A stretch of 64,000 nt of DNA. Source: an uncultured virus (IMG/VR IMGVR_UViG_3300042328_000542). Its lineage: Duplodnaviria > Heunggongvirae > Uroviricota > Caudoviricetes. The notes under the pieces are model-generated. The model was given only the letters and a program-made list of their open reading frames with translations. It was not told where the DNA came from and made no database searches. Every line of letters starts with the position of its first letter. Within the stretch, counting starts at the first letter, position 1. The position numbers were made by a program, and so were the translations under genes. The stretch is taken from the IMG/VR virus record IMGVR_UViG_3300042328_000542, one strand, 5' to 3'. Positions 47,871 through 58,146 of this stretch are shown piece by piece.

Positions 47871-48945
47871 TTTTAATAATTACCTCTGGTCCTTTAATAG
47901 TTGTAATATCTGTGCTAGTCTGATCAAATGTTCCAGTAACATCGACAACTGAACCTGAACCAATTGTTGTTTTTGAATTTCCTGTGATATTAGTTTCAAC
48001 ATTTCCACCAACATCTATTTTCCAATTACCGCCAACATTAAGATTAAAATCTTTAGCAACTTTTAAATCGCAATCATGTTGCACAAAAACTTTAGCATTG
48101 CCCTGAACTGTTATATAACAATTACCCATAACATAAACGCGATCATCTGCCATAATGATGGTATATTTATCTTTCACAACTTTTTCTACAACTGAACCAT
48201 CTGGATGATATTCTTCAAATGAACCTGATCTATGGTATAAATGCAATCTTTCTGCTCCCGGAGTATCATCAAATTCTTGTATGTGTCCAGATTCTGTGCT
48301 GCTTACTTGGTTGTATGGATATTGTGCATCATACGGTGTTTGTGGTTCAGTCCATTTATCTCCAACTGCATCAGTTACTGTGACAATAGAATCACGTTTT
48401 GTTTTTACGATAGTCTTGTCGATACTTTCATGTCTACCCAATCTATCAATAGTGGGTTCATTTAAAATTTCAGGATAATGTGATGCTGTGTCATTATCTG
48501 TAATTCTAGCGCCAAATCCATCTGTTTTATAATCAATACTTTTAGGTTTACGGGGTGAAATTTGTAATTCTTGCTCACTACGTTGGTCAGAGAATCCAAT
48601 ACCTGGAACAGCTTCATCTTCAGGGATACCATGAAACATTCCGAATATGATTGGAAATTGTGCAGCATCACCATCCATAAAAAATCCAATTACCATATCA
48701 CCATCTTTCAAGGTCGATGGTGTGCAAAATGTATTGTTCACTGGAAATAGTGGTTGCGCCCACGGTAGAGATTCGGTTGGCACAGATGTTAGTTCTTTTG
48801 CATGTAATCCTTTAATCCTAACTTGACATCTACCCAAGTTAAGTGGATCTTTACGGTTTTCTACAACACCAATCCACCAAATAAAACCATCATGTCCTAA
48901 GAAATTGTTTCTACGAGTGTTATTAAATTCCATTATACTACTCAT
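47863..48945 (-). CDS. 5: Baseplate hub/central spike gp5 (OB fold plus beta-helix, no lysozyme domain)
   Basis: F.WWIGVVE.R.DP..LGRC.VRI.GLH, LPWA, YPYN....TESGH..E.DDTPGAER.H.YH.SG, C-terminal V.GN repeats. ATGA overlap at 48945. Confidence 0.9.
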   Translation of the reverse strand: MSSIMEFNNTRRNNFLGHDGFIWWIGVVENRKDPLNLGRCQVRIKGLHAKELTSVPTESLPWAQPLFPVNNTFCTPSTLKDGDMVIGFFMDGDAAQFPIIFGMFHGIPEDEAVPGIGFSDQRSEQELQISPRKPKSIDYKTDGFGARITDNDTASHYPEILNEPTIDRLGRHESIDKTIVKTKRDSIVTVTDAVGDKWTEPQTPYDAQYPYNQVSSTESGHIQEFDDTPGAERLHLYHRSGSFEEYHPDGSVVEKVVKDKYTIIMADDRVYVMGNCYITVQGNAKVFVQHDCDLKVAKDFNLNVGGNWKIDVGGNVETNITGNSKTTIGSGSVVDVTGTFDQTSTDITTIKGPEVIIKNG

Positions 48946-50291
48946 CGCATAGATCCCCAACCACTAGCAGAATTATTATATGACGCATATTGTGATGGAA
49001 AAGATTCTTTACAAATTTCCAATACAGTTACAAATCTATTTTCCTGATTGAAAAGATGCCTAACTGCAGTTACAAGATATTTTCCTGAATAATATTCGTC
49101 ATTCTTTTTCTTTTTAGAAGAATCATTATATACAATTTCTGGTAAATTAAATTGTATAACTCTTCCAATAGTCATATACACATCACCCGGAATCATTATT
49201 TTCATACGATTCATACAAAATAAAGCCAATTGAGCTGTACGATACGGTACATTAGTTTCTATTCTATTTTCATTGATGTTTAATTGTTTATTTTTAATAT
49301 ATTTATTTTCACTTTGCCCTGTACTAGAAATACAAAATTTAACTACACCTGGTGTTTTATCTACAGTATCACCAAATCGATTTTGGTCTGATATTGGCAT
49401 TGGATGTTGATTTAACGAACTAGCTTGTTTTATATATTTTGTATAATTAAAATCAGATTCACCTAATTTTAATCTTAGTGGATCAACTGTATGCATTTTA
49501 TTTGCAAATACTCCACTTTTAATTGCGGTTGTTAGATTGAAATTTGTTATATGTTCATATTTAATAACATTTTTAGTTTCAGCATCTATATCTGTTACCA
49601 ATCCATTTTTCTGAGAACGTAATCCTTTCGCACTATATTCATATGTATTATACACATTATTCTGGAATAAATTTAAAGCAGATTTAAAATTAAACCCATC
49701 ACGATTTTCGTAAAATAAATAAGGTGAACCTATATTCTTATGATCATCAGACACTGCTAACGATGTTAACCAATTGATAGCTTGAAATGGTTTAAAATTT
49801 GGAATAACAATATCTCTTAGTCCAGATGACTTATCTATAAACAGTTTATCGTTAGGTATTTTTAGATGAGTTTTACATATATCACTAATCATACCAGACA
49901 ATAACATTTGTTGGTATGATTTTGTTATTCTGTATTGCTCATGTAAAAACACTTCATTAGAATAAAAATTAATAATATAATTTTCGTTTGTTCCTCGATT
50001 AGTAGTTCTATTGCTAATGTGATTAACCATAAAATTTTTCTGTATGGGATCATCAAATCCGGGCTTATCAAATTTTACACTAATAATCTCTCCCCCACTC
50101 AATTCTAATATATTAATATATCCCATAGAATCTGAAATTAACATGTTTCCGCTAATAAAACTGCTAAAAATATCTTCATAGTAGCTAAATTCTACTACCA
50201 TATTTTTAAAATCTAAAGCTTGTCCAGATGAACCAGTTATTAAACACGATTGGATGGCTATATCTTGAGAATTATATAATCCATCAGCCAT
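48942..50291 (-). CDS. Baseplate hub protein (gp27-like)
   Basis: EF.YYEDIF...ISG...I.DS, P..AINWL, YLFYEN..GFNFKS, IPGD..., YSGKYLVTAVRH; lies between 53 and 5. Confidence 0.7.
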   Translation of the reverse strand: MADGLYNSQDIAIQSCLITGSSGQALDFKNMVVEFSYYEDIFSSFISGNMLISDSMGYINILELSGGEIISVKFDKPGFDDPIQKNFMVNHISNRTTNRGTNENYIINFYSNEVFLHEQYRITKSYQQMLLSGMISDICKTHLKIPNDKLFIDKSSGLRDIVIPNFKPFQAINWLTSLAVSDDHKNIGSPYLFYENRDGFNFKSALNLFQNNVYNTYEYSAKGLRSQKNGLVTDIDAETKNVIKYEHITNFNLTTAIKSGVFANKMHTVDPLRLKLGESDFNYTKYIKQASSLNQHPMPISDQNRFGDTVDKTPGVVKFCISSTGQSENKYIKNKQLNINENRIETNVPYRTAQLALFCMNRMKIMIPGDVYMTIGRVIQFNLPEIVYNDSSKKKKNDEYYSGKYLVTAVRHLFNQENRFVTVLEICKESFPSQYASYNNSASGWGSMR

Positions 50292-50934
50292 AAGAAACCT
50301 GCATTAGTGATTGGAATTGTTGAGTAAATTGACCTAAATAATTAGAGTTTAACAGTTTAATTGTTCGCTTGGATTCATTAAGTTGCAATTCGTAATCATA
50401 AATCGTAAGCTGTTTCGTGTATTGATTATATTGAATATTATCTACAGAAAAAGATTGATTTGTAAAATTAAAATTTGGTATATCATACTGTGAACTATAC
50501 GCGGCTTGATCAATATAATATTGTGTAGTGGTTGTAATACCCGTTGTTAAATCAGTTGTGTCGATAATTCCAACATATCCCACTGGATCTTGATTTAGCG
50601 TTAATCTTGTGTATTCAGAACCACTACGACCTATCAAAGCTCCTTCGGATGCATATTTTCCATCAAGATATATCACAAAATCTTGATATGCTAACGGAAA
50701 ATCAAACTTATTATCAATAATATTATTTGTAATCATAATTACCCAATGTAATTCTGGATCACCATAATATTTTTCAGCAATGATTTCTGGTGTATCGCCA
50801 TCTTGAAGATCATACTTATAATATAGTGATGCTTGATTCAGTAATGTATCAAGTATTGTAGATCTAGACATCAAATCTGTTGCTAATTTTGAATTGTATA
50901 AAACTTTAGGATATTTAGAAAAGAATTTAGACAT
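50284..50934 (-). CDS. 53: Baseplate wedge gp53
   Basis: FF.KYPK..Y, Y.LQDGDTPEIIAEKYYGD...HWVI...N (LysM-like), YDYE...NE.KR.IKLL. Confidence 0.9.
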   Translation of the reverse strand: MSKFFSKYPKVLYNSKLATDLMSRSTILDTLLNQASLYYKYDLQDGDTPEIIAEKYYGDPELHWVIMITNNIIDNKFDFPLAYQDFVIYLDGKYASEGALIGRSGSEYTRLTLNQDPVGYVGIIDTTDLTTGITTTTQYYIDQAAYSSQYDIPNFNFTNQSFSVDNIQYNQYTKQLTIYDYELQLNESKRTIKLLNSNYLGQFTQQFQSLMQVSYG

Positions 50935-50936
50935 TA

Positions 50937-51995
50937 TTAGTATCCCGCATTAATTTTATCTTTAGTCATAAGATCCATTTCTTTAAACTGTAATGTCATA
51001 TGAGTTTGAACTGGCATACCATCATCATGTGTTACCCAACCATGTTGTGCGTAATCTACACGTATAGTTTCTAATGCGCATGTTGCAATACGAGATACTG
51101 CTTTATTTGGCTGGCCATCAAAAAATACTTCAATCTCAAATACTGAAGGTACGATAAAATATCTGCCACCAGCAGTACCATAATCAATTTCTGGTGCGGC
51201 ATGTAACCTAAAAGTTTTTATAATATTCTGTACAGTGAGGGCTTCATCTCTACTTTTTGGAGTAAATACAAAATGGAATTGAAACGTTCTAAAATCAATT
51301 TTTTTGAACATTAGTTCCATTTGTGGATTTACAGCTTTACCCATAGGACGTAATGCTATATTGGGATCATTTAGTATTCCAGAACTCAAACCTTCTGCTA
51401 TTAAAGTTCCAAACGCTCCCAGATTGCTAAGTGCATTCCCATTGTTACCCGTAAGACTGATAGCATCTTGTAAACTCTTGACAGCTTCATCTGCTATACC
51501 GGCAGCACCACCTAATGCACCCAAAGCTTCAGTTAAACTTACAGTGTCGTACATTGCACGTTGATCTACTGCAAATGTATCTGGCATATACAGAGATACT
51601 ACAGATGCTAATTTTGTAGTACCTGGTGTAACTGTCCATTTATATAATTTAGATTCTAGACTAGGATTATCAAAATCATTAATTGCTGTTAGATTACCCG
51701 TAGTTGCGTTTTCTACAAATTGATTAATACCTGCTGTTGTGTTTGTACTAGAATTTAAAGATATTCCTGGAATCTGAGTTTTAGCATATGATGATTTTTC
51801 TGGTACTGATATATAAAAATTAACCCAATGTTTTCTACGCATTGAACCTAAGTCTGATGGATAAACCATTGAACTTATAGCAGTAGCATCACTTTTATAT
51901 AAACTTGATAATGGTCCAGAATAATTTGTAGGACTATCTACTGTAGATGTATCAGCTGATATCCATTTAACTGCATCTGTAATAACGTCTGCCAT
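50937..51995 (-). CDS. 48: Baseplate tail-tube cap gp48
   Basis: YP.DL, LYMPD, NPQME..FK...FRTFQF.F.F.PKS..EA, L.FKE....TK..I. Confidence 0.88.
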   Translation of the reverse strand: MADVITDAVKWISADTSTVDSPTNYSGPLSSLYKSDATAISSMVYPSDLGSMRRKHWVNFYISVPEKSSYAKTQIPGISLNSSTNTTAGINQFVENATTGNLTAINDFDNPSLESKLYKWTVTPGTTKLASVVSLYMPDTFAVDQRAMYDTVSLTEALGALGGAAGIADEAVKSLQDAISLTGNNGNALSNLGAFGTLIAEGLSSGILNDPNIALRPMGKAVNPQMELMFKKIDFRTFQFHFVFTPKSRDEALTVQNIIKTFRLHAAPEIDYGTAGGRYFIVPSVFEIEVFFDGQPNKAVSRIATCALETIRVDYAQHGWVTHDDGMPVQTHMTLQFKEMDLMTKDKINAGY

Positions 51996-52008
51996 ATTTA
52001 AAACCTTG

Positions 52009-52032
52009 TATAAATAATTACAAGTATTTATA
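52009..52032. promoter_or_regulatory. Paired opposite-strand late promoters (TATAAATA on plus at 52009-52016 for gene 4; on minus at 52025-52032 for gene 48)
   Basis: Two exact TATAAATA motifs on opposite strands at the strand switch. Confidence 0.75.
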
Positions 52033-52046
52033 TTGTGTAAAATTAA

Positions 52047-52493
52047 ATGAATAATTCAAAATATAAACAAGGATATTACATTCCAAAAAATCCAAAAAAA
52101 TATAATGGTAACGTATCAAATATTAAATATAGATCATCGTGGGAATTGCGGGTATTTAAATATATGGATGATAAACCACATGTATTAGAATGGTCATCTG
52201 AAGAAGTTGTGATACCATACAGATCTCCGGTTGATACTAAATTACATAGATATTTTCCCGACATTTGGGCTAGAATGATTGGAGAAGATGGTCGCACTAA
52301 AACATATTTAATTGAAATAAAACCGGAAGCGCAAGCTAATGAACCAAAGATAAAAAAACGTATTACTAAACAATATATCACTGAAGTTTGCACTTATGCT
52401 ATTAATCAAGCAAAATGGAAAGCTGCTCGTGAATATTGTTTAGACAGACATTGGGAATTTATTGTGTTAACAGAAAAAGATCTATTCGGATAA
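52047..52493 (+). CDS. 4: Head completion nuclease gp4
   Basis: PKNPKKY.G....I.YRSSWE, WSSEE..IPY.SP.D...HRYFPD, IEIKP, NQAKW.AA. Confidence 0.93.
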   Translation: MNNSKYKQGYYIPKNPKKYNGNVSNIKYRSSWELRVFKYMDDKPHVLEWSSEEVVIPYRSPVDTKLHRYFPDIWARMIGEDGRTKTYLIEIKPEAQANEPKIKKRITKQYITEVCTYAINQAKWKAAREYCLDRHWEFIVLTEKDLFG

Positions 52494-52502
52494 AGAATTC
52501 TA

Positions 52503-53303
52503 ATGACAAAAAAATCAAGAAGTGTTGCTAGTAAAATATTATATGCTGGTCAGTTAGCTAAAGCTTTAACTGCAACTAATGATCCAGTTAAAGCTTTATC
52601 TGATGTAAGTCGGATTGTAAAATCGAATAGAGATGATGCATTTCTCAGAGATCCAAACTTCCATTATAAGTTTACACATAAAACTGCGCTAGGTGCCATC
52701 GAGTGGTTTAAATCTAAAATACTAGAATTGAATCCTGGAATTAAATTTGATAAAACTGAATACATAAAGACTCCAGAAGCATCTAAAGTTAGTGATAAAG
52801 TTATAGAACAGAAAGATTTAAAACAAAAAGAAATAAGTGATGCTGAAAGTGTTAGTTTAAACACATTTCAACCCGGAAGCATGTATCTATATCATTATGA
52901 TCCTAAACACAGAACAACGTTACCATATTACGATACATATCCGTTGATCATATTAACCGGAATTAGTGGAAATAAATTTTCTGGAATAAATTTGCATTAT
53001 TTACCACCTCAACATAGGATGATTTTACTTAGTAACTTAGCACCAGAAACATCTATTATAGACAAAAATGGTAAATTTGCAGGTGTTTATGTAAACAACG
53101 AAAATTTACAAAATGTTCAGGAATTTGGATTATATAAACCATGTTTTAAACACTATTTAAAAACTAATATACGGTCAGTTATCAAATATATTCCACCAGA
53201 AGATTGGGGATTTGCTGCTGCGTTACCACTAGAAACGTTTATTAAACAGCCAAGACATGTTGTTTGGGCAGACTCATTAGCAACAAATCAAATGACATTA
53301 TAG
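52503..53303 (+). CDS. 2: DNA end protector gp2
   Basis: G.MY.Y.YDPK....LPYYD.YPL, GINLHYL.P..R, PCFKHYL, W..A..LP. Confidence 0.9.
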   Translation: MTKKSRSVASKILYAGQLAKALTATNDPVKALSDVSRIVKSNRDDAFLRDPNFHYKFTHKTALGAIEWFKSKILELNPGIKFDKTEYIKTPEASKVSDKVIEQKDLKQKEISDAESVSLNTFQPGSMYLYHYDPKHRTTLPYYDTYPLIILTGISGNKFSGINLHYLPPQHRMILLSNLAPETSIIDKNGKFAGVYVNNENLQNVQEFGLYKPCFKHYLKTNIRSVIKYIPPEDWGFAAALPLETFIKQPRHVVWADSLATNQMTL

Positions 53304-53311
53304 GATTATAA

Positions 53312-53890
53312 ATGGCAAATAAAGATTCATACACACAGGCATTATCAGAATTATTAACATACGATGTTGGACGAAATGCATATTTTGATGTTACATTTCC
53401 GAAATTACCAACAATAGTTAAATTACCAGCTATAGTACCATATAAAGGTAAAACTTCGCAACTTTCATATTTATGTCATTCCGCTGAATTACCCGGTGAG
53501 TATACAACAACGGTAGATCAAAAGATTTACGGTGTTGTAGAGAGATTTCCGATAATGACTACATATAAAGATATTACATTATCTTTTTACACGCGAGGAT
53601 CTGATGTTGATTATGTGCGAATGTTGTTCTCACATTGGATAACAGCTTCTACAGGTCGAAATGTTGATAACGCATCTATTAGAACTTATAATGTTCCGTA
53701 CAAAGCAGATATCACAACAGATTTAACAATTAATCAATATTCTGTTGATGGATCTAGATTATTGCGTTGTGAGTTGATAGAAGCTTTTCCTATATCCATC
53801 ATGGAAGTGCCGTTATCATGGTCATTAGCTAATGAAGCAATGTCATTAAATATAACATTTACATACACCGAATATCAATATATTGATTAA
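53312..53890 (+). CDS. Tail tube initiator / gp54-like (tube-fold) protein
   Basis: LC..AELPG, Y.DITLSF, L.EAFP..I....LSW; located between 2 and 26. Confidence 0.7.
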   Translation: MANKDSYTQALSELLTYDVGRNAYFDVTFPKLPTIVKLPAIVPYKGKTSQLSYLCHSAELPGEYTTTVDQKIYGVVERFPIMTTYKDITLSFYTRGSDVDYVRMLFSHWITASTGRNVDNASIRTYNVPYKADITTDLTINQYSVDGSRLLRCELIEAFPISIMEVPLSWSLANEAMSLNITFTYTEYQYID

Positions 53891-53920
53891 TTATTTACTA
53901 TAAAATTTTGAGGATATAGC

Positions 53921-54640
53921 ATGTCTTTACCAGAAACAACTTATATAACATACACTGTAAAATTACCAGTTTCAGGATTAGAAGTTCGATACAGACCGTA
54001 TAAAGTAAAAGAACAAAAACTACTATTAATGGAAAAAGAATCTGGCGATAGAAAATCTTGGATTGACACTATTAACCAGATCATCAACAATTGTGTAGTT
54101 TCTAAAAATATCGCAGATATATCAACTACAGATAAAGAATTTTTATTTTATCAACTGCGAGCTAGATCTGAATCAGAAACTGTTATATTAAAATATAGAT
54201 GTGAAAATATCTTAGATGGCGGAGAAGTATGTGAAAATGTTATGACCTATCCATTCAATTTATTAAATGATATAGATGTTACTAGTGGTGTAGATCCAGT
54301 AGTTGATTTGGGTAACGGAACAATTGTGAAAATGAAATATCAACAATTTGAATATTCTGAATTTGATGATATTTTAACTCCAACACCAGAACAACTATTT
54401 GAAGAAGTTGCTAAACAAATTGATTTTATCACAACTAATGATGCAGTGTATTCTGTACAGGATGTACCTAAACAGCAAATTGTTGATTGGCTAGGAGATT
54501 TAACTGTTGATCAATATAGCAAAATTGAAAACTTTATGTTAAATGAACCTAAGATAAAAAAAGATATCCAAATTACATGCAAGAAGTGTGGTATGGTACA
54601 TGATATTGAAGTTGAGGATTTATACGATTTTTTTATGTAA
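53921..54640 (+). CDS. 26: Baseplate hub assembly protein gp26
   Basis: MSLP, LP.SG..V.YRP.KVKE.K.LL, D.EFLF..LRA.S, C-terminal CxxC...L.DFF. Confidence 0.88.
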   Translation: MSLPETTYITYTVKLPVSGLEVRYRPYKVKEQKLLLMEKESGDRKSWIDTINQIINNCVVSKNIADISTTDKEFLFYQLRARSESETVILKYRCENILDGGEVCENVMTYPFNLLNDIDVTSGVDPVVDLGNGTIVKMKYQQFEYSEFDDILTPTPEQLFEEVAKQIDFITTNDAVYSVQDVPKQQIVDWLGDLTVDQYSKIENFMLNEPKIKKDIQITCKKCGMVHDIEVEDLYDFFM

Positions 54641-54822
54641 TGTTCGGTAGACATTCATTAGGCGAATACTATCGAACAAATTTCGGATTAATGCAACACC
54701 ACAAATATAGTTTAACTGAATTAGATGATATGATTCCATGGGAGCGTGAAATTTATATCAGTTTATTGTTACAGCATCTCAAAGAAAGAGAAGATGCTAT
54801 AAAACAACAGCAAAATCGATAA
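54640..54822 (+). CDS. 51: Baseplate hub assembly catalyst gp51
   Basis: YY.TNF.LMQHHKYSLTEL..MIPWEREIY..LL. Confidence 0.9.
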   Translation: MFGRHSLGEYYRTNFGLMQHHKYSLTELDDMIPWEREIYISLLLQHLKEREDAIKQQQNR

Positions 54823-54832
54823 GGAAATTTAA

Positions 54833-57115
54833 ATGCCAGGATATGTAGATAAATCAAAAACAGCACCTAAACGAAAATCACCGTTCAGTAAATCGAGTAT
54901 TAAACCTGCTACTGGCACTAAAATTGAAAAATTAGGTCTAGGATTTAAAATTATCAAATCTATGACGGGCACACAAGATCCTATAACAGCATTAGAGGGT
55001 ATTCACGGTGCAATAGGTAGCTACCAAGAGGAAATAGAACATCGAGCAAAAGTTGCAGCGTTAGCGGAAAAGCAGGGTAGAGGTGAAACTCCGGATGAAT
55101 ACAGACAATCACATCATGCACCAACTCGTGATGATATGACAAGCGGAACTATACGTGATAGCTATACTCCAGTTAACGGTGAATATAAGCAATCCGCAGG
55201 AACAGATTATGCAGGAACATTTACTCCTCAAACGTTTGAGGGATTAGATGTGACTGGTACTCAATCTGCGAAAGAAGTTATGGGTAAAATACACCAATCC
55301 ATGCTAGTATCAACTGCAGTGTTAAATAAAATTGCATCTGATACTGATATGTTAGTTAGATTGGTAACTGTTATTAGAGCCCAACAAGGAACTACAGCTG
55401 GTTCTAAGCAAACGGCTCAAAAAATGCGAGCAACAGGATCTGGAGTTGATGATACTAATGTATCGACAGTTAAAGATGCTGATAGAGGTAAAGATAACTC
55501 TATGTTATGGGATGTAGCGGAAGGAGTGGCAGCAGAACATGCTATGGAATGGGCTGGTAAAAAAATATGGAAAAAATCTCGATGGGGTAAAAAAGCCGCT
55601 AAGACTGGTAGTACATTATCAATGACTGAAAAAATGGCAGATAGTGTTAAATCTACAGCTGCTCCAGTTGCAGAAGGTGGTGCAGAAGGTGGATCTAATA
55701 TACTAAAAAAGATGATGGGTAGTAAAGCTGGTAAATTTGTAACAGGAGCAGCAGTTGCATCTAATTTATATGATGTTGCTACGGGACAAAGTGAAAGTCC
55801 TGCGTTAGACTTAGTTGAAACGGGATTAATGATGACTCCACATCCAGCTGCAAAAGCAGCTGGATTATCATTAGGATTAAGTAGAACTGCTAGTTCACAA
55901 ATTCCACTATTAGATATCGTATATGGAAAAGATGGAGTTCGTGTGATTAAAAAATTACTACAATCTGGTGATATTGAAATGGGTTGGAACACTACATTGA
56001 ATATCCAAAATGCTGCTGGATGGAATAGTATTTCAAACCTACCATTAGCTGATATGAAACATTTGTATTATTCAGGTGCATTAAAATTTGCAGATAATTT
56101 AAGATTGAAAAAAATCATAGAAGCTATTGAGAGTAATAAATCTAAAAAGATACCAGAAATATCAAAAGAAAAAGCTACAAGTTTCTGGAGTAGTGTTACA
56201 GATTCAGAAAGCACTCAATTAGATATTGAAAACCCATCAATGAAAAAAGCACCTACATTATGGGAAGCTATTAAGTCTACAGCTAGTAATGTATTCTCTC
56301 CAAAATCTGAAGCTGAGAAAACTCAAATATCTAAAGAACGACCATCAACTAAAATTAAAGCATCATCAGAAGGTTCTAGTGAAAGAGAAAAGGCTGGAAT
56401 GAATATTTTAGTAGAACAAGGTTGGTCAAAAGAAGATGCAGCTGCTATTATGGGCAATCTAAGAGCTGAGAGTTCATTAGATCCCACAGCAATAGGAGAT
56501 AGTGGTAAAGCTGTGGGTGTTGCACAATGGCATCCAGATAGACAAGCAACGTTTAAAAAAATCATGGGTAAAGATATTAAAGATTCTACATATGAAGATC
56601 AAGTGTTATTTGTTGATTGGGAATTAAAAAATACTCACAAAAAAGCAGGAGAAAAAATAAAAAGTGCTAAATCACTAGAGGAAAAAGCACAAGCTGTTGA
56701 AGGCTCATATGAAATTACAGCTAGATCTCTAAAAGGTCAATATGAAGATAAACGAGCAAAAACTGCTGAACGATTAATGTCTATGGAGTTAGGTGGGGAA
56801 GAAGTTGCTAAGAAAGATTTAGCACCAACTGTTGAGAATGCATCTAAGATGAGCGAAAGTACATCAAATATGGCTTCTCCAATATTAGAAGAAAGACAAT
56901 CTCTAGATCAGGAATTAAAACAACCTAGTGAAGTTCGAGAAATACCACAAGCTATGAATCCGGTAGTTCCATCTGCACCAATAGTGGTAAAAACCCCAAC
57001 GTCTGCTACAACAACGCAATCTAGAGATTCGACTCCGGTCGGTGGAATAATGAATGTTAGGAATGATGATCCACTAATATTAAATTTACAATACGGTATG
57101 ATTCGAACAGTATAA
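54833..57115 (+). CDS. Tape-measure/gp29-like protein with phage tail lysozyme domain
   Basis: A/G/K-rich helical region plus AAAIMGNLRAESSLDP.A.GD.G.A.G.AQW....R (Phage_lysozyme2-like); follows gp26/51. Confidence 0.75.
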   Translation: MPGYVDKSKTAPKRKSPFSKSSIKPATGTKIEKLGLGFKIIKSMTGTQDPITALEGIHGAIGSYQEEIEHRAKVAALAEKQGRGETPDEYRQSHHAPTRDDMTSGTIRDSYTPVNGEYKQSAGTDYAGTFTPQTFEGLDVTGTQSAKEVMGKIHQSMLVSTAVLNKIASDTDMLVRLVTVIRAQQGTTAGSKQTAQKMRATGSGVDDTNVSTVKDADRGKDNSMLWDVAEGVAAEHAMEWAGKKIWKKSRWGKKAAKTGSTLSMTEKMADSVKSTAAPVAEGGAEGGSNILKKMMGSKAGKFVTGAAVASNLYDVATGQSESPALDLVETGLMMTPHPAAKAAGLSLGLSRTASSQIPLLDIVYGKDGVRVIKKLLQSGDIEMGWNTTLNIQNAAGWNSISNLPLADMKHLYYSGALKFADNLRLKKIIEAIESNKSKKIPEISKEKATSFWSSVTDSESTQLDIENPSMKKAPTLWEAIKSTASNVFSPKSEAEKTQISKERPSTKIKASSEGSSEREKAGMNILVEQGWSKEDAAAIMGNLRAESSLDPTAIGDSGKAVGVAQWHPDRQATFKKIMGKDIKDSTYEDQVLFVDWELKNTHKKAGEKIKSAKSLEEKAQAVEGSYEITARSLKGQYEDKRAKTAERLMSMELGGEEVAKKDLAPTVENASKMSESTSNMASPILEERQSLDQELKQPSEVREIPQAMNPVVPSAPIVVKTPTSATTTQSRDSTPVGGIMNVRNDDPLILNLQYGMIRTV

Positions 57116-57116
57116 C

Positions 57117-57149
57117 AAAAAAATGGAGGGGTTTTACCCCCTCCATTTT
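57117..57149. terminator. Bidirectional Rho-independent terminator
   Basis: AAAATGGAGGGG-tttta-c-CCCCTCCATTTT, with A/T tracts on both sides, between convergent genes. Confidence 0.88.
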
Positions 57150-57152
57150 AAT

Positions 57153-58085
57153 TTAGTCACCAATAAGATTATTGAAATATGCTAAATCATCATCTTCTTC
57201 ATCAATAGTTCCCGCTGGAATTTTAATTGATTCTTTAGGTACTGATGTAACAGATTTCATAAATTGCTCATCTTCAACTTCATCTAAAGTTTTTGCTGTA
57301 TAATCTTCGGCCGTTTTATATTTAGCTTGAGATGCAGTCAAACCTAAAACACGTTTCAATCTAGCATCTAATTCTGCATATGATTTGAAATTTTTAGGAT
57401 CAACAATTTCCAATAAAGAATATTCAGATTTCCAAACTTTCTCTAATTCAGCATCATCTTCAAATAATGGTGCTGGAGTATCAAATTCTGCTAAATCATA
57501 ATTTTGATATCCATCAACTTTACGAATTTTCAATTTGAAATTTGCACCCTCCCACAAATCAAATGGATCAACGGGTTTATCATCTTCAAACTGTGGATTC
57601 ATGGCTTGAGTAATCTTTTCAAAGATTTTCTTACCATATGTGAATTTTAAAGTTTTACCTTCATTTTCTGGATGTTTTGAATCTTTTACAACATAGATGT
57701 TAGAAACATAATGTAATCTACGTTTTTGTTTTCTAACTAACTCTTTATTAGATTCAATACCAGTTTCCCACAATTCGCTATTGTATTTTGAACATGGATC
57801 ATCTTGACCGATAGAGGTTAGTGATTTTTCAATATACCAACCACCTGGACCTTGAAATCCGTGGTCATAAAATTTTACCCATGGTAAACCATCAGCCTCT
57901 ACGTCCTGTGGAGGTGTAGGAAGAAATCTAATAATAGCATAGCCATTTCCAGATTTATCTAATTCACATTTCCAAAATTCATCAGAATTATCTGATTGAT
58001 TATTATTACTTGCAGCAGCTTCTACTGCTTTAGATAATTTTGCTAAATTATTACCGCTACTTCTTTTTAATGAACTAAAATCCAT
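57153..58085 (-). CDS. 32: Single-stranded DNA-binding protein gp32
   Basis: FWK...DKSGNGYAIIRFLP, HGFQGPGGWYIE.SLT, YGKKIF.KI, PFDLW.GANFKLK, acidic C-tail. Start at MDFSSLK (58085). Confidence 0.95.
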   Translation of the reverse strand: MDFSSLKRSSGNNLAKLSKAVEAAASNNNQSDNSDEFWKCELDKSGNGYAIIRFLPTPPQDVEADGLPWVKFYDHGFQGPGGWYIEKSLTSIGQDDPCSKYNSELWETGIESNKELVRKQKRRLHYVSNIYVVKDSKHPENEGKTLKFTYGKKIFEKITQAMNPQFEDDKPVDPFDLWEGANFKLKIRKVDGYQNYDLAEFDTPAPLFEDDAELEKVWKSEYSLLEIVDPKNFKSYAELDARLKRVLGLTASQAKYKTAEDYTAKTLDEVEDEQFMKSVTSVPKESIKIPAGTIDEEDDDLAYFNNLIGD

Positions 58086-58146
58086 ATAAACACCTATATA
58101 AACAATTTTATTAACAAATGTATTAACAACGTATACACAACTTATT

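Noticed and set aside
55417..56565. 191-aa and 80-aa minus-strand ORFs
   Set aside because: They are antisense to the tape-measure/lysozyme gene and have no recognisable motifs or SD.
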